Assembly (NCBI GenBank): GCA_964016885.1 | Contig: OZ024740.1 | Location: 123,008,001-123,072,000 of the forward strand | Length of the DNA: 64,000 nt | Direction of reading: 5' to 3' | Source of the DNA: Eledone cirrhosa | Taxonomy: Eukaryota | In this document: in pieces, positions 35,814 to 48,984 of the stretch | Position numbering within the stretch: position 1 is the stretch's first letter | Layout: each line of letters starts with the position of its first letter | Translations under genes and position numbers: made by a program | Notes under the pieces: generated by a model | Told to the model about the DNA's origin: nothing | The model's database searches: none | Seen by the model: only the letters and a program-made list of their open reading frames with translations

Positions 35814-37301
35814 ATTATTTTGATACTGATAAAACATCACTCTGAACCATTGTTTTGCAGGTTTCCTACAGCTGGAAGTCCTTACTATCATCAATAAATA
35901 TACATACAAAAGCACACTGATATGCACATAAATATATGTAAGTTTGTCCATTCATGTACTGACAAAAGCATTTGAATATCGATGTACTGATGGTTGAATA
36001 TATCAACATACATATACATAAAACTAGCCACACCTTTCTCTCTCTCTCTGTATATATATATATGTGTGTGTGTGTATGTATATATGCATATACACACACA
36101 CACACTAAATGTTCTGCGTGGGTATAGTAATATATAGTTATGTATATAATTACAGATGTATGAATGCAGTTATGCATTGATCTACATACAAGGACATGCA
36201 GCTTTATAAATTTATATATATATATGTGTGTGTGTGTATGTCTGTGTCTGTGGGGGGATAGTGCTGGTGCCCCAATAAAAGGCATCTGGTCCATGCTGTA
36301 AAGTGGTCATCTTTAGGTAGAGCATCTTACCAAAGAAACCATGGCAAAATTGAACATATTAACAAGACATGGTCATGACTAATCATAGAATGTGATGGAT
36401 CTACCCCATGCAAGCATGAAAAATGACCATAACACAGTGATGGTGAACATATGTATACCAGGCTAGAATGGGGTGAATAATATATATAAAAGAGCACCCA
36501 ACCTACACTGTAAAGTGGATGTATAGGCAACACAACAAAGAAGCCCCCAGTACTCACTATAAATGAGGTTGGAACAAGGAAGGGCATCCAACCGTAGAAA
36601 CCAAAGCAAAATCAGTTATGTATGGGCAAGATATGGTCACCTGACCTAACATTGCTCACCACAGGATAACTCATCTAACCTATGCCAGCATGAAAAAGTG
36701 GTCATTAAACGGTGATATAATTATATATATATATATACATACATATATATAAAATATACACGCAAGCATACACAATAACATACATAAACATGCTTACATG
36801 TATACAAAGGCCCATAGCTGCGCACAGAATTACAGGTTAAGTACTTTCTTTCCTGCTGAGAAAATGTTTCCTTCTCTTGCATGACATTCTTTCATCGGAA
36901 CTGATACTTTAATCTTTAAAAATCACCTATGTCGTATAACAATACGATCAGAATTATGCATTTGGTTTCTTGATATGTATATATTTATTTATATACACAT
37001 ATATATATATATACACATATATATATATATATACATATTACATATGTACATGTGGGTTATATCGAACACTAATAATAATATTTGATTCATTTGTTAACAA
37101 ACGACCTGATTTTAATCTGTGCCTTACTTATGTATATATGTACGTGTGCATACCTATATTTATGTATCAGCTGTGATAGGGCAAGAAATAAAGTTCTAAT
37201 TTTATATATATATATAAAAGGAACGATCGACTTTTGTCAAATCGGACCGAGGAAACAATGTTTCCGCTGGTCTTTCCAATTGTTAATACTATCTATCGGT
37301 C

Positions 37302-37434
37302 GCAACTCCAGGTGGAAGGAGCAACGTGAAATAAAGTGTCTTGCTCAAGGACATAACGCATCTCCTGGTCCAGGAATCGAACTCACAACCTTATGATTGC
37401 GAATCCAATTCTCTAACCAATCAGCCACATGCCT
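37302..37434 (-). mobile_element. tRNA-derived SINE head (second family)
   Basis: Minus strand: A box tggctgattgg, B box gagttcgattcc, then ccttgagcaagacactt. Confidence 0.75.
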
Positions 37435-38294
37435 TATATATATATACATACGCATACAACTGTTTACACATACACACGAGGGTAGACACCCCATGATTGA
37501 GTACGGCAGCCAAATGACATCGGTTTGTGTCTTCTAGGTGTTGAATGATCACTCGTTCACAACATATAAAAAGTGATGACTGTGAATGAATAGTTTTATA
37601 GTGGGAAAAGGCATTGCAGTGGACCAATCCTACTCACTGAGCAACAATATCTATAATCCAAAGAGAAGAACAGATTGACATCATTGATTACTCTTAAGCC
37701 ACAGGTTTTACATCAGAGTTTCCCTCGTCTAGAGAGATATTCTAACAAGGATCAAGGCTCTCACATTCCCAGTGGGATTAATGCACAATCAGACAACAGC
37801 CTGTGTATTTCTATGTTCCTCCACATACATACGTATGGATACATGTGTATATATGTGTGTGTGTGTAAACATATGTTTGTATTTTCTGGCTTGTTTACAT
37901 GCTAAAATTATATCAGTATAAATACAGAGTGTGTAACGAAGACTGCATCAGCGTCTATAAATATATATACATGTCTAACATGTATATTCTGGCATGTAAA
38001 CAAGCCAGAAAATACAAATTTCCTTGTAAATTGATAACTGATAAACACATTTAATCAATTTTGGGATCTACCTGAACCCTCAACAGAAGGCAAGTTTATA
38101 ATCTAATCAACCACAAAGAAACATGTATTTGATGAGTATATATACCCATTTTCTCCTAGTATTATTCTGAAATGGACATACTAATTACTGCTTGTGTTGG
38201 TAATTGATTAGAATAGATAATAAGAAATGCACTAGCAGACGAAGTGTATGATAATGTTACATCTGTATAAATATAATTGAATTATTTTCAAAAG

Positions 38295-38348
<54 letters not shown>

Positions 38349-38901
38349 GGAGGCTTAGTAAAATCGAATCTTTGGCGGTGTGCAAGCAAATTCGACCTAC
38401 TATATGAATGAGTTAGCAAAGCACTCGACAAGGTAGGTCCTTAGAGTAATAACATACGTTTAAATAGCTTGAAAAATTGAACATTGTGGTAGGCAAAATC
38501 TAACACACAATACTAAAGTAACGAAAGAACTAACAGGTTGAGAAAAAATACACCTGGACAAATCAAACGTTATACGTTTAAAGTGTTTCTATGAATCCGA
38601 AATCAAATATCAGACTTACGTAACTGGCAAGCTCGTGGTATTCATGATCGAACAGGATTCATTTCATCAACAGGATTTCATTCTACCAAAGAACGGGGCG
38701 AAATACTAAATGTTGCAACTAGCAGCAGCGAATATATATATATATATATATTGTTATACTTTGGGAGGGTCATGTTGCCAATAAGAAACACACGCACCAG
38801 TTGCTTTCACTTCAATTTATTATAATAAATTTATAAATTTAGGAATTTATAAATTTTCGGTTGGTTGGTTGGTTCCACAACCAGATGGTTGTTTATATAT
38901 T

Positions 38902-38944
38902 GTCAAAGTTCTTTCGTCACACATTCTGTGACCTCTTCAGCGAC
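38902..38944 (-). ncRNA. Type I hammerhead ribozyme
   Basis: Minus strand: gtcg CTGAAGA g gtcaca-gaatg-tgtgac GAAA gaac TT tgac. Confidence 0.75.
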
Positions 38945-39059
38945 TGGGGGGTTCTTTCTTAGATTTTTGTGCCGCTACTTTGTTCTGTCCTATGCCAAAA
39001 ACAAGATGCCGTAGGACAGAACAAAGGAGAGGCACAACAAACAAAGAAAAGAACCCCCA

Positions 39060-39103
39060 GTCACTGAAGACTGTCACAGAATGTGTGACGAAAGCACTTT
39101 GAC
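39060..39103 (+). ncRNA. Type I hammerhead ribozyme
   Basis: gtca CTGAAGA ct gtcaca-gaatg-tgtgac GAAA gcac TT tgac. Confidence 0.72.
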
Positions 39104-39316
39104 AATATATAAACAACCATCTGATTGTGGAACCAACCAACCAACGGGAAATTTATAAATTCCTAAATTTATAAATTTATTATAATAAATTGAAGTGAAA
39201 GTAACTGGTGCGTGTGTTTCTTATTGGCAACATGACCCTCACAAAGTATAACAATATCGATTTCAACACACGTTTTCAGATAAAGAATCTTGCTAAACAA
39301 ATTCAGAAACGAAATA

Positions 39317-40025
39317 TAGCTCTGATTTATCTGAATTATTGAGCCCTCTGCCGCTCATTTCGAATTTTGTTTATCGTGAACTCGTGCGCCGATTTTTCGA
39401 TACTCGATTATTCTACTATATTTAGCTCTAGACCTAGCTATTGACCAGTTTAATTTTATTGTTCATTTTTTGTCGATTCTATTAAATGATTAATAGCTCC
39501 TGTTTATTTTAACATGTCTATTGAGCATTCTTATTCGATATGTGTATTTCCACATTTTCCCGAATATTTTTTGCGGATATAGAGGTTATCTCCCTTGCTG
39601 AATTCCATGTGCGTTTCTTCAGCCTGGGTTATGCCTTTTCATTCGTTCGGACAAAAGCTCGTTGAGGAAGTAAATTCCGGTCCGCTGGCTTCTAGAAGTC
39701 TTATATATTTTTATGTGAGCTGATAGAGGGCAGTTTAAGGATTTACAGAAACCCAAGAAGCTAGATTTACCATCTTTCTAGCGGGTCCGGGTATGCTTTT
39801 TACATTCATTTGATTTATTGATTTATTGATATTTTTTCTGAGTGTCCCGAATCTTCCAGATCGCAATTTTTCGGTCGTACGGTTGATTATAGGCATGTTC
39901 TATGTGTGACGGTATTTTAACGATAGTTATAGCTCTGATTTATCTGAATTATTGAGCCCTCTGCCGCTCATTTCGAATTTTGTTTATCGTGCGCCGATTT
40001 TTCGATACTCGATTATTCTACTATA
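39317..40025 (-). repeat. Unit with ~100-bp direct terminal repeats (39317-39420, 39928-40025), unclassified family
   Basis: atagctctgatttatctgaattattgagccctctgccgctc... occurs twice. Its reverse complement resembles 21018-21130. Confidence 0.65.
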
Positions 40026-40039
40026 TATATATATAAATA

Positions 40040-40528
40040 TCTATACGTACATACATATATGTATACAGAAGTACAGTAGTATGTATATATATATACATAC
40101 ATGCACACATATATATATGTACGTATGGGTTTACCGAATATTTATTATAATGTTCGGTTTGTTTTTAAACAAACATCCCGAATTAAGCCGTACAGTGTTC
40201 AGCAACCATCGTTGCTCTTTTGTTCAACACTGACAAAGGAACGATGAACTAGTTTCAAGCTTATTACCTATCGTCAGCATTGTATACCTTTCTGTCAGAT
40301 GATTGAACGTTTGAAAGTATATACTTTCCTTATGCATATTAACGGCTGAGCAGCCTAATTTGCATATCGAGTGAGTTAGTCGGCCGGACATACAGAAAAC
40401 GATAAATGTAAAAGAATGAAATTAAATTTCATTTCTGACTCTTAGTATGGCTGATACTTAAATATAAGTATGTATACGTACATACATATATGTATACAGA
40501 CGTACAGTCGTATGTATATACATACATG

Positions 40529-40577
<49 letters not shown>

Positions 40578-42141
40578 ACATATGGGTTTACCGAACATTT
40601 ATTATAATGCTTGATTTGTTTGTAAACAAACAACCCAAATTATTAGGTTGAAATCCTTCATTCTCAGCCGAAAAGAGGTAGTCACAGTTCTAGGACAGCA
40701 TTCTTCACCATATGAGATGTCATCTGGTGTACCACAGGGCTCTGTTCATGGTCCCCTTTTGTTTGTGGCACATATTAATGACATAGATGCCAACTTAAAC
40801 AATGCCACGGTACTGAAATATGCAGATGACATCAAGCTGTACCTTGAAATCAAAAGGACAGATCCTGAAATCTATAACTCTTTCCAACAATCAGACCTGG
40901 ACACAGTGCAGCAATGGATCACAGACTGGCAACTGAAGCTAGCTGTGGACAAGTGTACCACCATGCATTTTGGGAGGAAAAATCCAGCGTCCACATACTC
41001 CACAACACTGATATCAAGAAGTCCTCATGTTAACGTGACCTGGGCATTACTGTCAGCAGCGATTTGCGTTGGACAAAGCATGTCTCTAAGATTGTCAAGA
41101 AGGCCGAGGGTGTCTTGGCATCACTCAGCAAGACCTTTGTTAGCCGCTCTCCAACCATCTATTTAAACCTGTATACAGCTACGGTACGACCATACTTGGA
41201 ATTCTCATCATCAGTCTTGAACCCCTATCTTGCTCAGAACATTGACCTCCTGGAAACTGTTCAGAGACGTGCAACAAAGCGCATACACTCCATCAGACAC
41301 CTACCATACTCTGAACGCCTTGCTTCCCTGGGCATGGATTCATTGAAGCTCCGACGTTTGGCAATGGACTTGGTAAACACCCACAAAGTTATTAACCATC
41401 TCGCCAACAACAATTCTGAGCACCTTTTTGAGTTCCATGTGTCTAACACACGTGGATATGCCTACAAAGTCAGAAAACAGCACAGCTCCCATGACTTTCG
41501 GAAACATTTGTTCATGCTCAGAGTTGCTGAAGCATGGAACAAACTGCCTGCGTCAGTTGTTAGCTGCCGAGACACTGCATCCTTTAAACCGAAATTCTCC
41601 AAAACTACACCTGATGTACCCCTTCCATACACATGCACACATGTGTATACCATGATTCATGCACTTTTCATTTTCCTGACGGTTGTACATTATCCTATGT
41701 ACTATACATACATTTTTTGATGAGTACTGTACACAATATTTCATTATTATTATTATTATTATTAGCTGTACAGTGTTCAGCAACCATTGTTGCCCTTTTG
41801 TTCAACACTAACAAAGGAACGATGAACTACTTTCAAGCTTATTAACTATCATCAGCATCATATACCTTCCTGTCAGATGATTGAACTTTTGAAAGTATAT
41901 ACTTTCCTTATGCATATTAACGGCTGAGCAGCCTGTACGGCTTAATATGGGCTGTTTGTTTACAAACAAACCGAACATTATAATAAATGTTCGGTAAACC
42001 CATACGTACATATATATATATGTGTGCATGTGTGTATATATATACATACTACTGTACGTCTGTATACATATATGTATGTACGTATACATACTTATATTTA
42101 AGTATCAGCCGTACTAAGAGTGAGAAATGAAATTTCATTTC
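40040..42141. repeat. Tandem plus inverted pLTR-like repeat interrupted by a CR1 LINE
   Basis: 40187-40355 matches 41765-41933 directly; 41934-42141 is the rc of 40419-40640. Confidence 0.75.
40646..41763 (+). pseudogene. 5'-truncated CR1-clade LINE (RT C-half), frameshifted, (ATT)n tail
   Basis: GVPQGSVHGP, KYADDIKL, KCTTMHFG, RPYLEF, LETVQRRATK, LPYSERL, WNKLP. Confidence 0.9.
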
Positions 42142-42184
42142 CTTCTTTTCTCTCTCTATCTATATATATTTATTTATATATGAT

Positions 42185-42702
42185 GATGATGGCTGCAAGT
42201 CAATTTCGAGTAATGCCATTGCTTGATACTTAAGCATGAGCATCGCGAACGTGGCTTTTTAGTCCTGCTAGGGATTTTCCTATGGCCATCAATGCCATGA
42301 ATCATAAAAAAGTGTCACATATCAAGTGATGCATGTGCCTGAAGCTTTTTTATGTGAAGAAAGGCTTTCCACAGAACTAATCCCACTCTTTGAACATTGA
42401 ATGTATTTACCCAAAAAGAAGAACTGGTCTATATCATTGGATGCAAATGAAATCATAGGTTTTATATCTCCTAGAGAGATGTTTTAATAAAGACTAGGAG
42501 TCTCTTGCTCAGAAAAAAAATTGGATGGCCGTTGACTCTCTTGAGTTCTGCCTTTTGACAGGTTTTGTTTTTCATCCTGCAGGGTGCCCCAAATCACCCT
42601 CCTCACCATGCAAGCTTGTTGGCATTGCCGGTTTAGTTGCCAACAATCCGGCCATGCACAAGTTGTACTAGGTCACATGTTACCAGTAGTGCTGAAGAAC
42701 AA

Positions 42703-42705
<3 letters not shown>
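42185..42705 (-). mobile_element. PLE 3' tail related to 13205-13387
   Basis: Shared ctactggtaac..agtacaacttgt and ggactaaaa..actcgaaa..gcca blocks; both ends abut (TA)n. Confidence 0.5.
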
Positions 42706-42733
<28 letters not shown>

Positions 42734-42738
<5 letters not shown>

Positions 42739-43606
42739 ATAATAATAAATTTGAAGACTAAAATCCAAAGAGGGCTCGATAAGGATAAATATATATCAAA
42801 TATATAAGAACTGTAGAGCAAATATTTATTAAAATAACAGATTAAAGTTTAAGCAAAGAATCGCTGCTTTCACCCTTAACGGGATCTTCTGAAACTAACA
42901 AAGTCAATCTGTAAACGCAGAAGTAGATATTTCAAAAACATTGCAACCGGAGGAAGACAGGAAGACGATACTTTGGTTCGTGGAAACGTTCCCTGGCAAA
43001 GAACGGGAAAAAACGAATATAATACGTCATTAATAGGAGCGGTGAAAAACAATTACGCGCAAAGACAGAACCACGTTTATGGTATAAAAGAAGTCGTAGA
43101 CTAATGTTCTCTTAGGTGGTTCATAGAGACGTTCTCTGGCAATGAACGGAAAAAACGAAGATAATACGTCATATGTGGAGCGTGGAGAACAATTGCACAC
43201 AAAGACAAAACCATGTAAATGGTATAGCTGAAGTCGTAGACTAAAATTCTAACTAGGAAACTGAATGAATCTCCGCTTCAGAGTTAAGAATAAAGTAAAT
43301 AAATAAAATACAGAGGTAATAGAAATTAAATAAATACATACACGCATGCAAATACGTACATACGCAAGCATACGCGAAAACACTTGCCATAGATATACAA
43401 AACCACGCACATATAAATATGTGTGTGTGTGTGCGTGTATACAAATAAATAAATAATTAAATAAACGTATATAAATAAATAAATACGTATATAACAAGCG
43501 CACACACATACCTACATGTAAATACACAAATGTTAGGAGACGTAAGTCAACCTAAACATGAAGTACACATATACACACACCCTACATACGTACGAACCTG
43601 CATACT
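42734..43606 (-). mobile_element. PLE 3' tail, second copy of 851-1691
   Basis: Reverse complement of 855-1691. A 26-nt stub of the same end also occurs at 2686-2711. Confidence 0.85.
42846..42896 (-). ncRNA. Type I hammerhead, core variant CAGAAGA
   Basis: Minus strand: agttt CAGAAGA tccc-gttaa-gggt GAAA gcag-cgattct-ttgc TT aaact. Confidence 0.6.
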
Positions 43607-44068
43607 CACGCTTGCATGGGTTTGGACGGGGGTAGTCCCACTTGAGGCAAGAGTGATTGTCTTGCTCGCATAGGACTGTCTGGCAGGTTTTCTACAGTTG
43701 GATGCCCTTCCTAACACCAACCACATTTACAGTGTGGGTCTGGGAGGTTTTTACCGTGTTGCCTACACGGCCACATTACAGCGTGGACTGTGTGTTTTTT
43801 TGTCGTGACACCTACACGATCTCATTTGTTTCGGCCTGGATGGCGCGGCACCAACATAACTTTACATAGAACGGGGTGGTGTGGATGGGGTGGGGGTGGT
43901 GGTGGTGGGACGGGGTGTATTTTGTTAGAGATGCCTACTGGCTGGAGTAGGTTTTACTATATATTTAGGTAAGGCGGGTCTTCTCTGTTACTGAGTACCG
44001 CCAAAGGTCTCGGTGGTAAGGCGGGTCTTCTCTGTTACTGAGTACCGCCAAAGGTCTCTGTCCAGTGA
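43607..44068 (-). mobile_element. Inverted RTE 3' end (ORF tail + UTR) with internal ~45-bp tandem duplication
   Basis: Reverse complement of ~45257-45641. ggtaaggcgggtcttctctgttactgagtaccgccaaaggtctc occurs twice. Confidence 0.9.
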
Positions 44069-44079
44069 CTATATATATA

Positions 44080-45682
44080 TAGCTTTTGTCGACCTGGAGA
44101 AAGCCTTCGACAGAGTCCCCCGCTCCATTATCTGGTGGGCTCTTAGAAAACTAGGCGTTGACGAATGGCTTGTGAGGGCTATACAAGCCATGTATAAAGA
44201 AACAGTCAGCAAGGTTAGAATTAACAACGAATATAGTGAAGAGTTTAGCGTAAAAGTTGGCGTCCATCAGGGCTCTGTTCTCAGCCCCCTACTATTTATT
44301 ATTGCCCTTCAGGCTATAACAGAGGAGTTCAAGACAGGCTGCCCATGGGAACTCCTATACGCAGACGACCTGACACTCATAGCGGAATCAATGGCCGAGC
44401 TAGAGAAGAAATTCCAAACATGGAAGCACGGCCTAGAGTCAAAAGGACTTAAAATTAACCTGGCTAAGACCAAAGTTCTAGTTTGTAGGAAAGAAAACAA
44501 GGCGGCGGTCCCTTCTGGGAAATGGTCGTGCTCGGTATGTAGGAAAGGCGTAGGTAGAAACTCCATCTTATGTCCTAAATGCAAAGTATGGGTGCATAAA
44601 AGATGTAGTGGGATCACAGGTAAGCTAACTAAGAACATAGACTTTACATGTGGCCGGTGTTCTGGTGCAATAAGTAGCAGCAAGTGCCCACAAAATACTA
44701 GCTCTTTCAATTGCGCAGAGGGTTCTATAGAAATAGTGGACAGCTTCCGTTACCTGGGCGATAAAATCAGCAGTGGGGGAGGGTGCTCTGAAAGTACTGT
44801 AGCTAGAGTCAGAACTGGTTGGAAAAAGTTCAGAGAGCTTATACCACTATTAGCTGCTAAAGGGTTCTCCCTAAAAATGAAAGGCAGGTTGTACGATGCC
44901 TGCATACGAACAGCAATGTTGCATGGTAGTGAGACCTGGGCATTGTGTGCAGAGGATATACGCAGACTAGAGAGGAACGAAGCTTGCATGCTCCGCTGGA
45001 TGTGTAACAGTAATATACGTGAACGGCAAAGCATAAACGAACTAAGGAAAAAATTAGAGATAAGAGGGATCAGATGTTGTTTACTCGAGAGAAGGCTGCG
45101 TTGGTATGGACACGTGATGCGCATGAAAGTCGATAGCTGTATTACAAAGTGCAGGGCAATAAAGATAGACGGTAGCCACGGAATAGGCAGACCTAGAAAA
45201 ACATGGGATGAGCTGATAAACTCCGACCTCACACACTTACACCTCTCCAAGACAATGTCACTGGACCGTGACCTTTGGCGGTACTCAGTAACAGAGAAGA
45301 CCCGCCTTGCCAGTAGGCATCTCTAACAAACTACACCCCGTCCCGCCACAACCCCCACCCCATCCACACCACCCCGTTCCATGTAAAGTTATGTTGGTGC
45401 CGCGCCATCCAGGCCGAAACAAACGAGATCGTGTAGGTGTCACGACAAAAAAACACACAGTCCACGCTGTAATGTGGCCATGTAGGCAACACGGTAAAAA
45501 CCTCCCAGACCCACACTGTAAATGTGGTTGGTGTTAGGAAGGGCATCCAACTGTAGAAAACCTGCCAGACAGTCCTATGCGAGCAAGACAATCACTCTTG
45601 CCTCAAGTGGGACTACCCCCGTCCAAACCCATGCAAGCGTGGAACACGGACGTTAAACGTTGATGATGATGATGATGATGAT
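44080..45682 (+). mobile_element. 5'-truncated RTE LINE (RT from AFVDLEKAFD, UTR, (GAT)n)
   Basis: Near-identical to 15917-17661; ORF open to 45326. Confidence 0.95.
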
Positions 45683-45913
45683 ATATACGGGATAACAAAT
45701 AATTGTTATACGTAGTCCACTTAGATATAGTCCAGTTAGGGTACTCCGAGTAGTGGATAGTATCAACGCTTGGCTAAGTTTGACTCAACAAGGCGTTTCC
45801 ATAGTGATGCTGCAAGTACGCGGTGATTTCTATGTTGTTTACACTTGGAGTAATGATAAATCAAGAAAGAAGGTTAACACGGTTTGCTATACAATAAGGG
45901 CTTTAATCACATT

Positions 45914-46019
45914 GCTGACAATTGTTTCTCTGAACTGGTAGGTCTAGAGATCGCTACCCGGCTGTTTCTGCGTCAATCGATCACCAATACATAGTTATAA
46001 CCAGTCAATTCATCAGAGC
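45914..46019 (-). ncRNA. Type I hammerhead, long stem II, canonical GUC site
   Basis: Minus strand: gct CTGATGA attgactggtt...accagttcaga GAAA caattg TC agc. Lies within the PLE-like tail 45688-46030. Confidence 0.75.
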
Positions 46020-46161
46020 TTGCGAGAATGATATATATATATATATATAGGAAAATGTATGACCCTACTACCCTAAGTATTGAGTACTCTGGTGCGTTAT
46101 GGTCCATCTAGTTCCTTACCACAACTCCTTAGTTATATATATATATATATGCGCATCCTTA

Positions 46162-47428
46162 TACATTAAGGTGAGCTAAAAAGTTCATAGCCTGACTATG
46201 AAGGAGTGATGCTAGACCTGTGAAATCTTATATGCATTCATTTCAAATCTCCTTATTAATGACAATTTTCTCTGGAAGGAAATAATGCTATCTAACTGTT
46301 CAAAGAAGACTTTATATTTAACTAATAATGATATCTCTTGGAAATGGATAAAATTTGGCATCGTGTTGTTATCAAAGACCCGCAGAAAAAGGTTTAGCCC
46401 TAAATGACATTCATGCTGACATGGCTGCTACATTAGGGGATGAAACTCCAGCTTTATCAACAGTACAAAATTGGGCAGCTTAATTTAGAAAAAGAAGGGA
46501 GAGTCTTGATGATGACCCAATGTTCTGATGTCCTGCAACGCCTCAACTGAGGAAAACATTGACTGTGTTCACCACAGGGTGATGGATGAAAGGCGATCGA
46601 CAATAATTCAAATAGTCAATGCCATTAGCATATCCAGTGAGGGATTAGAGAATATTCTGCACAATGAATTGGCATGATGGCGGTATCTGCTTGGTGGAAG
46701 CCACATCTTTTCACACCTGATCAAAAGTGTATCAAGCTACTCACATCATGGGAAAATCATACCTTCTTTGAAGTAGATCCATCTAGTTTCCTTGAAAGTT
46801 CCTAACCCAGAATGAGTGTTGGGTACCACACTTTCAGCCATAAACAAGGAGAAAATACATGCACTGGAAACACACATCCTCACCAACTCCAAATAAGGCC
46901 AATATCATTTCATCTGCAGGGAAGGTGATGGTCTCCGTTTTTCAGAAATGCAAAAGGCATTATTTATTGACTATCTTCAAAAGGGCCACGCCATCAATGA
47001 AGAGTGCTATGCCTACTTGCTGAAACATTTATGAAAGGCTATCAAGACCAAACACCAAAAACGATGAAAGGTGTCTTGTTTTATCAGGACATTGCTTCAG
47101 CACACATGTATTCAATGGCTGCTGTGCATGACTGTGGCTTTGAACTGGATATTCACCCTCCCTTTTCTCCTGATTTGGCCCCATCTGACAATCATCTATT
47201 CAACTACATTGAAAATCACTTGACTGGGAATCAATATTGTAGTGGTGATAACATCATATCTGCTATTGATGACTTTTTTTACCGACAGGATGAGTGCTTC
47301 TTCACCAATGCTATTCAAGCAATGCAACACTGATGGAAGAATTGTGTCAACTACAAGGGGGCTATGTTGAAAAGTAAACTCCATTTGGTCACATACCATG
47401 AGGGTATCTTGGTCAGTCAACCCTTGTA
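46162..47428 (+). pseudogene. Decayed mariner transposon
   Basis: MDKIWHRVVIK at 46345, SLDDDP, WKPH (degenerate WVPH), NECW, HPPFSPDLAPSDNHLF (YSPDLAP motif). Many stops; TA-rich flanks. Confidence 0.88.
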
Positions 47429-47430
47429 TG

Positions 47431-47486
<56 letters not shown>

Positions 47487-48984
47487 CACACACACACATA
47501 CATACATTCATCTTGTTTCTTCAGAATTAAAGAGAGAGAGAGAGAAGTAAAAAAATGCCTGTTTTCTGCTGTATATAAGTATTTATAACAAAACTAAATT
47601 AATCCCATGTAGTTTAAGATATCACAGTTTTCTATTGTTGCTGTTTTTACTTATTGATAGACAGTATTACATACGTTTTCACTCTTCACTATATAACTTC
47701 AAACAGACAAATTTCTTTGAACATGAATATTGGAAGACTGGTGAGAATACTTAACCAATGATTGCTTTTTTTATTTCTTTTATGTGATATTATTAGTATT
47801 GTGCAAAAATAAAAACATTGGAATCAGTTGTGGAACGTGATTAGACGCAACATATTTTATGGAATGAGAAAGCATTTTGTGTGAGAGGCTCTAATTTTTT
47901 TTTTTTTGCACCTTATATCATTATACCCATCATATAGAATTAATTATAGGCAGAGTAGGTGCCTGGTTATTACCATTTGTTAAGGTGACTAATCTAGATT
48001 TTGATGCTTGTCTCTGAACACACTAAAGAAATTATTAAGCCTGCATTTTCCACTACAATGTTCATGCTCACCCACTTCAATCATGTGACATGTTATAACT
48101 GTATATGGCTCTCAACGCCACTTTGGATATTTTCATAATGTTACTATGGAACAAAGGTGTTCAGTGATTTATTTATTGATCACTGGAAAGTATATTATAT
48201 CTGATATAATTATGCACATTTGTATAAAACTGTGAACATTTAAAGTTTAGTAATGTGCCTCACTAGATTCTGTACTCTGGGCTGCTGTCTAGTTAACTTT
48301 AACGATTACACTAGCATTACTTATAATACTTTTTTTATTTGACATCCAGAACTTACTTAGTCTTTGTTTTTAATACCAGCATCAATCAAAGATGAAAGAC
48401 AATTTTACCATCGAAAGAGTATGAATTTAATCTTTGTGCAGTCATCCCATGACTCTTGGGATAGATTGCAGGTCCATCATCAGTTCTTGTAGTGTTTGTT
48501 GGAAAGTGCAATATATATTTTTAGAAAGGGACCTTCTACCTAAGGTCTGAATGTGTCCCTTATTATCCCACATACAGTATGAATGCTTTTATTGCTTCTG
48601 GCCATATTGCAGTGTCTTGGTGTTTTCATTCACTCCAGGCACCAATTTGATACTTTTGTCAAACCTGCGGACTAGGCTTTTTTTTAGGTGGCTTTTATTT
48701 GCCTCATCATAGTTACATCACTGGGTTGTGAGAGTTTTCTTGGGAGTTAAAGGTGTCACCCATTGCTCTATCATCCTTATTAACTTATCACTGTTGGTCT
48801 GGATTTGTGTATTTTGCCAGCAGGAGCCTGCTTATATCGCAACTAACAATCATACCTTATGGCCATATCACTATTTGCCACTTGTGACCCATAAAATCTA
48901 TGCTAAGTTTCAGGCAAAGAGATGTAGAGATATAATTGAGTGCAAGGTAGCAGTCCAACTGTATGGTTTTCATCCCGGATGCAA

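Larger units (their letters stand above)
38748..39257. repeat. 510-bp fold-back with ~10-nt loop and a hammerhead in each arm
   Basis: Arms are reverse complements from ttgttatact.. to ..agtataacaa. Centre ttgttctgtcctatg..gtaggacagaacaa. Confidence 0.9.

Noticed and set aside
37360-37434. tRNA gene
   Set aside because: It continues into a SINE body and has no complete cloverleaf, so it is called a SINE head.
40290-40330. CAGATGA..GAAA gtatatac TT (also 41870-41910)
   Set aside because: Stems I and II do not pair convincingly.
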